Below, one piece after another: positions 58,037 to 64,000 of a stretch of 64,000 nucleotides of DNA. The stretch's first letter is position 1; each line of letters opens with the position of its first letter. The DNA comes from Podarcis melisellensis (lineage: Eukaryota): the NCBI GenBank assembly GCA_964234715.1, contig OZ174275.1. One strand, 5' to 3'. Both the position numbers and the translations under genes were made by a program. The notes below the pieces were generated by a model. That model was not told the DNA's origin and searched no databases. It worked only from the letters and a program-made list of their open reading frames with translations.

Positions 58037-61000
58037 TCCCTGTAAGTAGAAGTCATTTCACTTTTGGGTTTATGTTGCACGTTTTACTCCATTCTGTTTT
58101 CTTGACCTGGTTCTCTCCCCAGGGGATATTCTTGGTGTATGACATCAGCAGTGAGCGCTCATACCAGCACATCATGAAATGGGCCAGTGATGTAGATGAG
58201 GTAAGCAAGGAGGTCTCCCTGCTTCTTCCCCCTATTGTTGGGGACTGTTGGCCCCAGTGTGGGAGAAGTTGCCATGGCAAAATCAGATGAACTGCTCCTG
58301 CTCAAGGCCTGTGTGTGTGTGTATATACATGCACTCTCTTGTCTTGAGAAGCCTTGTTCAAACAGAGAAATAGCACGTTTGGCTTAGGTGCTTGGTTTAT
58401 CTAGAGATTGTAGGATTAAAATAGCCTTGGGAATTCAACAGACAGTCCGGATGTCCTTGAAAAAGCCATAAGACTTTTGGGGTGTCCTTATTTCCTGTAA
58501 AAAGGACTTATACCTTGTGTCAGCTCCTCAGTATTTAGCAAGTGCTAACTAGAAGATTATGCAGGGACTAGAAGAACATCTAATAAACCTTAACCATGTT
58601 TTAAATCTGAGCTGTATTATGCCATCTCTGCTGCAGCAAAAGACTGTTCTTTATTTTTTAATAATAACTATTATGTTGTTTTGCATGTAAACCACCCAGT
58701 GAATATTTATTGATAGGTGGCTACGTATATAAATGTAATAATAAATAAAATACACTGCTATTGAATAACTGATGGAGGCATCTTGGATACTGCCAGGGTG
58801 CTAACTTTGTGTCCTTGTGCACATACATTCTGCCTTTACACTGTTAGGGAATTTTTATAGATGAGCCTTTGCCAGGTTGGTGCCCTCGAAATGTGTTGAG
58901 ACTACAACTCCCATCAGCCCCAGCCAGTCCTGGGGCTGATGAGAGTTGTGGTCCAGAACAGCTGGAGGCACTGGGCTGGTGAAGGTGGTGCCCATTTTGA
59001 CATGGTGACTCTTAACACTCTGCCACAACTCTGGCACTGGAGTAATCTGCTGCTTTTGCAGTGAACTTAACGGGGAGATGAACAGGTCTGGACTGAAGGA
59101 GATGCTGTTGGGCATGTGCGATCAACTCTGTTGGCCCCTGGGTTTTGGGGGGGGGGGTTTCTAGCTGCCCTGTTTCTTTGATTGGCTTTGGTCTGTGGAA
59201 GCCCTGTTTTCTTTAAGACCATCCTGCGATTCTTTTAATTGCTTTGTTAAGATCAGAAATGCGTTGGGCGCTACCATTTTCCAGATGTTTGTGTTGCAGC
59301 GGTGGAAGAAGCCATTTGCTATGAAAATTCTCTGCCCTGTGCAACAGTTAAAAGGCAACAGGAATGGTGCATTTGACAATCCCAAGTCTGAACAGTGCCG
59401 TACAGCTCAGCTTTTAACTATGCTGCTTCTAATCTGTGCTGATTGGGATGGGCTAAAGTCTCTCCCTTCTCTCCAGTATGCCCCAGATGGCGTCCAGAAG
59501 ATCCTCATTGGGAATAAAGCAGACGAGGAGGAGAAGAGGCAAGTAGGCAAAGAGCAAGGCCTCCAGGTAAACTTCTTGGGTAGCTGCTAGTTGTTCTCCT
59601 TTGAGACCTAAGCCTCACTCATAGCAGATGATATAGTAAAACTGACAGTGCCAGGTGGGTCAGACCATCTACACTGCCTAGGGTCTCAGACAGGGCTCCC
59701 TCATAGCCCTACCTGAAGATGACAGGGATTGAACCTCAGACGTTCGATATGCAAAGCAAATTCTCTGCTACTGAGCTGTTTCTTTTCACTCAGGCCTTGT
59801 AAATAATGATGTGGTCTGGGCCTCTCTGTTTTTTAAATCTGTTTTAACTTTGGTGGTGCAGTGAGTTCTGCTTTCGTTGTATTTATGTTTGTGCTTTTTA
59901 TTTAAATGGTTTTATGTTTTAAATGGTTTCCGTAATTAATAATTGTGAGATGCCCAGAGAACCCAGTTATGGTATGGCATACAAGTGTCCACTTGCCAGG
60001 CAGGCTGCAATGCTAACCGAGGGCCTGGTCAATGGCAGTCTCCATGGCAGCTGTACTAACCACAGGCATTTTTATATGGCTGTAGTGGCAGCCCCCATAT
60101 CATCCATTTTTAGTGCCTTGTGGGAAACTTATTGGGCCCTGGGGAGGGCATTATTCAGAAACCTATGTTTGATTGAAGCCAACTTGTTCCACACGGTACC
60201 ACTTCAAACGGCAAAGGGGGCCTCATATGTTTGGATCTTGCCCCATACACCTCTCCAACCAAATTCCTCTCTATAAGACAATGGCATTGTCAGGAACCCT
60301 TCTTGCTATAGGATAATTTCTGTTGTTGTTGTTCAGAAGCACATGCAGTTGTGGGGGACCCCACATAGTCTGGTATAGTCAGGAACAGGTTGATTGCCTC
60401 ATCTGCTGTGGGTGGGAACTAGGGCAGAGTCTGATCTAGAAAACTAGACGGTAGGAGCAGTTAAATTTTGTCAACGTCCAGGAAGTTGTGGAAATGGGTT
60501 CTGGAAGCTGGTTTCCTTCTGGCAAAGACAAGCTCAGTTTTACAGTGTCCCCGGGTCACTGTTTATATTAGAGATGGCACTGGGGTCTGGAGCTGGACTT
60601 CATTCTACTAGTTTTTCCAGCCCTGGTTAATCAGAGAGAGACGCTGTGCTTGTAACAGTGCTCTTTTTCCCCCATTCAGAAACTTCAAATGTTACCTAGC
60701 CTGTTTTTTAAAAAATAATACAAGTTATCTTCTCAGTCTTGGAGGTGGTGATGTAAGAATGTTCTAGTTTCTTCAGATCTATCTGTACAATCTATTGACA
60801 GTCACTATTATACCTGTATGTAAAGCTGTCGGAACTTCTGTCTTCCAGCTGGCCAAGGAGTATGGCATGGATTTCTATGAAACAAGTGCCTGCACCAACG
60901 TAAATATCAAAGAGGTAAGAACTCTGCATATGGAACTTCCAGGTGTCTGGTGCTTTGCAGCCAGTGTATCACCTTTGCAGAGCAAGTGGAGATACAGAAC

Positions 61001-61847
61001 AAAAGAGAGTTCATGGTGGAAAATCCTTGGGCTCACCTGTAGTTTTTGACCACAGCAGCCAGTAGGCACCTCACCTTTGGGAGAGAAAGCAAAGTTGCAC
61101 CATATATTGTTGCAAATGTAACATATATATTTTATTTAGTCTCAGAAGTACTTACACTTATGTACGGTGGTGTATCTGGGCTCACCCCACCCCCCCATCT
61201 ACTGTAGCCTTTCGTGCCATATCCCATACCTGTTCTGGATGGTCTCTAAACCCTCAGGAGTGGGCTACAGTGGGCAACAGAATTGGCAAAAATGGGGTCC
61301 ATTGGATACTCCCCTATGTGTGATAATGTTAGCAGTTAGTGTCAAAACTCATACATAGATGGAGCAGGAGCCATTGTTGATCTCAGTGGGACATATTTAA
61401 GCATGCACATAACTCTCCTGCTTAAAACTGGATTGTAAGTTGACTCTTGCATGTAGCAAATAAAAATTGCCACCAAGTGGGAAACCAAACTGAAAGTTTG
61501 AGAAGTAGTTTTTTGCGTTTTTTTTAATCTACCTCAAATGTCTAAAACATTTAGACATGTGCACCCAAGCACACTAGTAAATACATTGTGAGCTAGTAAC
61601 TTGTGTAGACTTGTTTGCTGATCTAAAGCTATGTACTAAACCTCACTTTTTTAAAAAAACAACAACCAACAACCCTCATCTCTTTCAGTCTTTCACTCGT
61701 CTGACAGAGCTGGTCCTGCAGGCCCACAAGAAGGAGCTGGACGGACTCCGTACGTATGCGGCTGATGAACTGAACCTGGTTGAGCTGGAGGAGGAGGCAA
61801 GCAAGCCAGAGGGCACAGAGCACTCCCCCAAGACCTGCTGGTGCTGA
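46654..61847 (+). CDS. RAB15: Ras-related protein Rab-15, complete 7-exon CDS (639 nt, 212 aa)
   Basis: Exons of 124,61,61,78,90,66,159 nt splice in frame; G-box motifs [23 protein letters not shown]; N-terminus [15 protein letters not shown] and C-terminal CWC prenylation motif are characteristic of Rab15; synteny with FNTB and MAX. Confidence 0.99.
52640..53650 (+). mobile_element. Degenerate L2/CR1-group LINE ORF2 (reverse transcriptase) relic, interrupted by a hAT MITE at 53138-53269
   Basis: Remnant motifs [24 protein letters not shown] (compare GVPQGSVL...) and [17 protein letters not shown]; inner MITE TIR taaggttccaga/tctggtaacctta with TSD agctatgg/agctaggg; outer limits approximate. 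Confidence 0.7.
54352..54412 (+). CDS. RAB15: RAB15 exon 2
   Basis: [19 protein letters not shown], 61 nt, AG/GT. Confidence 0.97.
56189..56249 (+). CDS. RAB15: RAB15 exon 3
   Basis: [20 protein letters not shown], 61 nt. Confidence 0.97.
56955..57518. mobile_element. Partial Tc2-type non-autonomous element with internal palindrome and direct repeats
   Basis: Right terminus ctcgtcttatagatggaaaaatacag-TA; CpG-rich interior; no left TIR found. Confidence 0.55.
58123..58200 (+). CDS. RAB15: RAB15 exon 4
   Basis: [26 protein letters not shown], 78 nt. Confidence 0.97.
58870..58990. mobile_element. Short palindromic squamate MITE (actacaactcccatcagccccagcc...ctggggctgatgagagttgtgg); related copies at about 10290-10420, 15100-15225, 38420-38530, 50580-50710
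   Basis: Recurrent self-complementary motif of about 110-130 bp seen repeatedly in the window. Confidence 0.7.
59477..59566 (+). CDS. RAB15: RAB15 exon 5
   Basis: [30 protein letters not shown], 90 nt. Confidence 0.97.
60849..60914 (+). CDS. RAB15: RAB15 exon 6
   Basis: [22 protein letters not shown], 66 nt. Confidence 0.97.
61689..61847 (+). CDS. RAB15: RAB15 exon 7 (coding part, stop TGA)
   Basis: [52 protein letters not shown]. Confidence 0.97.
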   Translation, partial: SFTRLTELVLQAHKKELDGLRTYAADELNLVELEEEASKPEGTEHSPKTCWC

Positions 61848-63734
61848 AAGCCTCCCAGTGCTCTTCCTTTTCTTCTGTCCCCCAGTGCAGGCAGAGAGGC
61901 TGCCACCTAGAGAGGGCTCCATCTCTTTGGTCTCTGGTTGCCTGCCTGCCTGCCCACTCTCTGCCCTGCTGGATCCTCTTTGGATTTCCTGGTGTTTCTC
62001 CTTGATTGGTGATTTCTGTTGTTCCCCCAAACTCCCTGGATCCAAATCTCTCTTCGGGGGGGCTCACAGTATGCAGAACATCACCCCGCCACCTTTGCGG
62101 AAGAGCTGTGGTTGGCGATCGCAGCAGCCGAGGCCCATTCAGCAGCCTCTCAACCTCCAGGTGCTCTGCAGCCTTGCCCTTTTCCAGAGGGCAGCTGAGC
62201 CGGTTGGGTTCTGTGCCTGGGTGCAACTAGGGCTGTCCTCTGAGAACAGGGCACTCAAGGAGGGAGGAATGTCCCGCTTCCTTCACTCTCCTCCAGACAG
62301 ACCGTTTGCTTGCACACCCTCAATAGCAGGCCTGCTGAAGGCTTGACCGTTTGTATCCGCCCCCCGCCCCCCATACATTGCCTTGCCATTTCAGCATCTG
62401 CCCTAATGCCTGCACAGCCTTGTGCAGGGTTGGGGCTTTGCGGCTGTATTGGATACAGTGTCATGTACATACCTGGCTGCCTGGAGGTTGTTGTTAAAAA
62501 AGACCTCTCACCACGGCACCTCGCCAAATTGGGGCTTGTTCCAAAGTGCACAGTGGCATCTCTTGCCCTGCTAAGTGTAAGCTGCTGGGAGCAGCAAGAA
62601 TCTAGCCCTGCTGGGAAAAGGGGTAGGATGATGGAAATTTGGGGCTTTAAATTCAGACTCGCCTTACCAGCTGCAAAGAATGTTTGCTTCTTCCCAGGCG
62701 AAACTAGGCTCCTATTTTGTAACTCCTTGGAGTCTTGTCTTGCACACCAAGCAAAATCCTTGCCTACTATTATTTACTCGAAAATTTTGTAGGGCATCTT
62801 CGCTTGGCTCCCCTTGGGTATCTTTGGTGGTGCAGGTACATCAGGCACCCGCTTAGCCTATATCCCTGCACCAATGGAGGCAGAGAGCCCACCCTATCTG
62901 TGTCACCTGTGCAGAACTGGCTTTGAGAGCCCCCTTGGAATGACTTTCCCAACTATTCACCAAAGCGCTGATATGGAAACACACTGTAATCTGTGCATAG
63001 AGCCTTCCCTCATTTGTTTCTTCTCACTCTTGAGGTCCAACCTGTAAGAAGTTGCTCAAGACCCTTTCGTGGGCTCTTTTTAGAAGTTCCTCCACAGAAG
63101 GAATTTCCTTGGAAGCTCAGCCTGATAGATTCCAGGGTATCCAATTTATTTGGTTCTTTTGCCATGTGCTGCTTAACATGGCTTGATCCGAGCAAACTGA
63201 AACCAGCCTGCCTGCCTGCCTGCATGTTGTACCAGCATCCCCCTCTCGCCTTGACATGCTTGGCAGGGGAGGGCTAAAGACACTTGGCAGTATGCCATGG
63301 TAATTCTAATCTATATGCGCCTGCCTGCTCCAGAGTAGCTGCTCCCTGCGTGCCAACACCTTGGGGAGGCGAAGACTCCTTTCCCTTCCTACGTACATGC
63401 CAGCAATGGGCTACATTTGCGGATCTAGAAAGGATGGGTGTCAACCAGAGGCTTTCTGGGTGGGATGGCAGTGCATAAGTCCTCCTGCTGCCTAGAGAGG
63501 CTGCCTTTGATGGAGGGGGTGGGACTTAGGCACGATCCATTTGAGCGATAGAAAATGGTTCTTATATCCATGTGATGATCTGCGCTTCCCTAGCCAGGTC
63601 ATACCAGAGAGCAGACTGATCTACATTTCCCTGCTCATTTTTCCTCTTCCTCCTCCAGTTGGTTGGTGACTTTCTCTCTCAGAGCAGATGAAAAATATTT
63701 TTACCCAGTGAAGGAGAGGAAGGATAGTAGCGGG

Positions 63735-63740
63735 AATAAA
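63735..63740 (+). terminator. Candidate RAB15 poly(A) signal AATAAA; the true 3' end may lie beyond the window
   Basis: Only AATAAA noticed after the RAB15 stop; downstream U/GU element is modest. Confidence 0.35.
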
Positions 63741-64000
63741 GTTGGCTGTCCTGAAAGCAAGGGTGCCTTGCATTTCCAAAAAAGGCTCCATTCTCAAAAC
63801 CACCAGTTTTACCTCTTTCTTTGTGCTGGGTGGGTTTGAACAGGTATCAAGCCACTGGAAATGTAAGGGGGAAACAGTGGAGTTCTACACACAGTGCCTG
63901 CTGTTGGCAGGAGCAGCTCTCCTGTAGCCACAGTCCCCTAGGAAGACCCCAGTCCCAGGGTCTGGGAAGAAAGAGGCACAAAACGGCTTGACCACAAGGG

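Noticed and set aside
61693-62792. 160-188 aa ORFs overlapping RAB15 exon 7 and 3' UTR
   Set aside because: Alternative frames of GC-rich UTR; no domain signal.
61848-64000. GPX2 or a SECIS element, expected downstream of RAB15 by synteny
   Set aside because: No GPX-like coding sequence or convincing SECIS seen; presumably beyond the window end.

Overview
Eukaryotic (vertebrate) genomic DNA, almost certainly from a squamate reptile and probably a lacertid lizard, judged from a full-length Sauria SINE and typical squamate MITEs. It is the conserved MAX-FNTB-RAB15 block. It holds the last three coding exons and 3' UTR of MAX (+; first exons not found, presumably upstream of the window), the complete 12-exon FNTB gene (-, 423 aa, CDS 37691->17857) and the complete 7-exon RAB15 CDS (+, 212 aa, 46654->61847). 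All exons have GT-AG boundaries with consistent phase. FNTB and RAB15 are head-to-head, with separate CpG-island promoters about 9 kb apart; MAX and FNTB are tail-to-tail. Introns carry many non-autonomous DNA transposons (pogo/Tigger-, Tc2- and hAT-type MITEs, several nested), SINEs, an L2 relic and microsatellites. Nearly all long ORFs in the supplied track are artefacts. I see no novel multi-gene system. The best second-look items are: (1) a TSD-flanked, fold-back Penelope-type insert carrying a minimal hammerhead ribozyme core in the sense orientation of FNTB intron 1; (2) an isolated perfect 49-bp-arm hairpin in the same intron; (3) a candidate alternative acceptor that would give a truncated delta-Max-like protein; (4) a strong-Kozak uORF just upstream of RAB15; (5) canonical MYC/MAX E-boxes in both neighbouring promoters.
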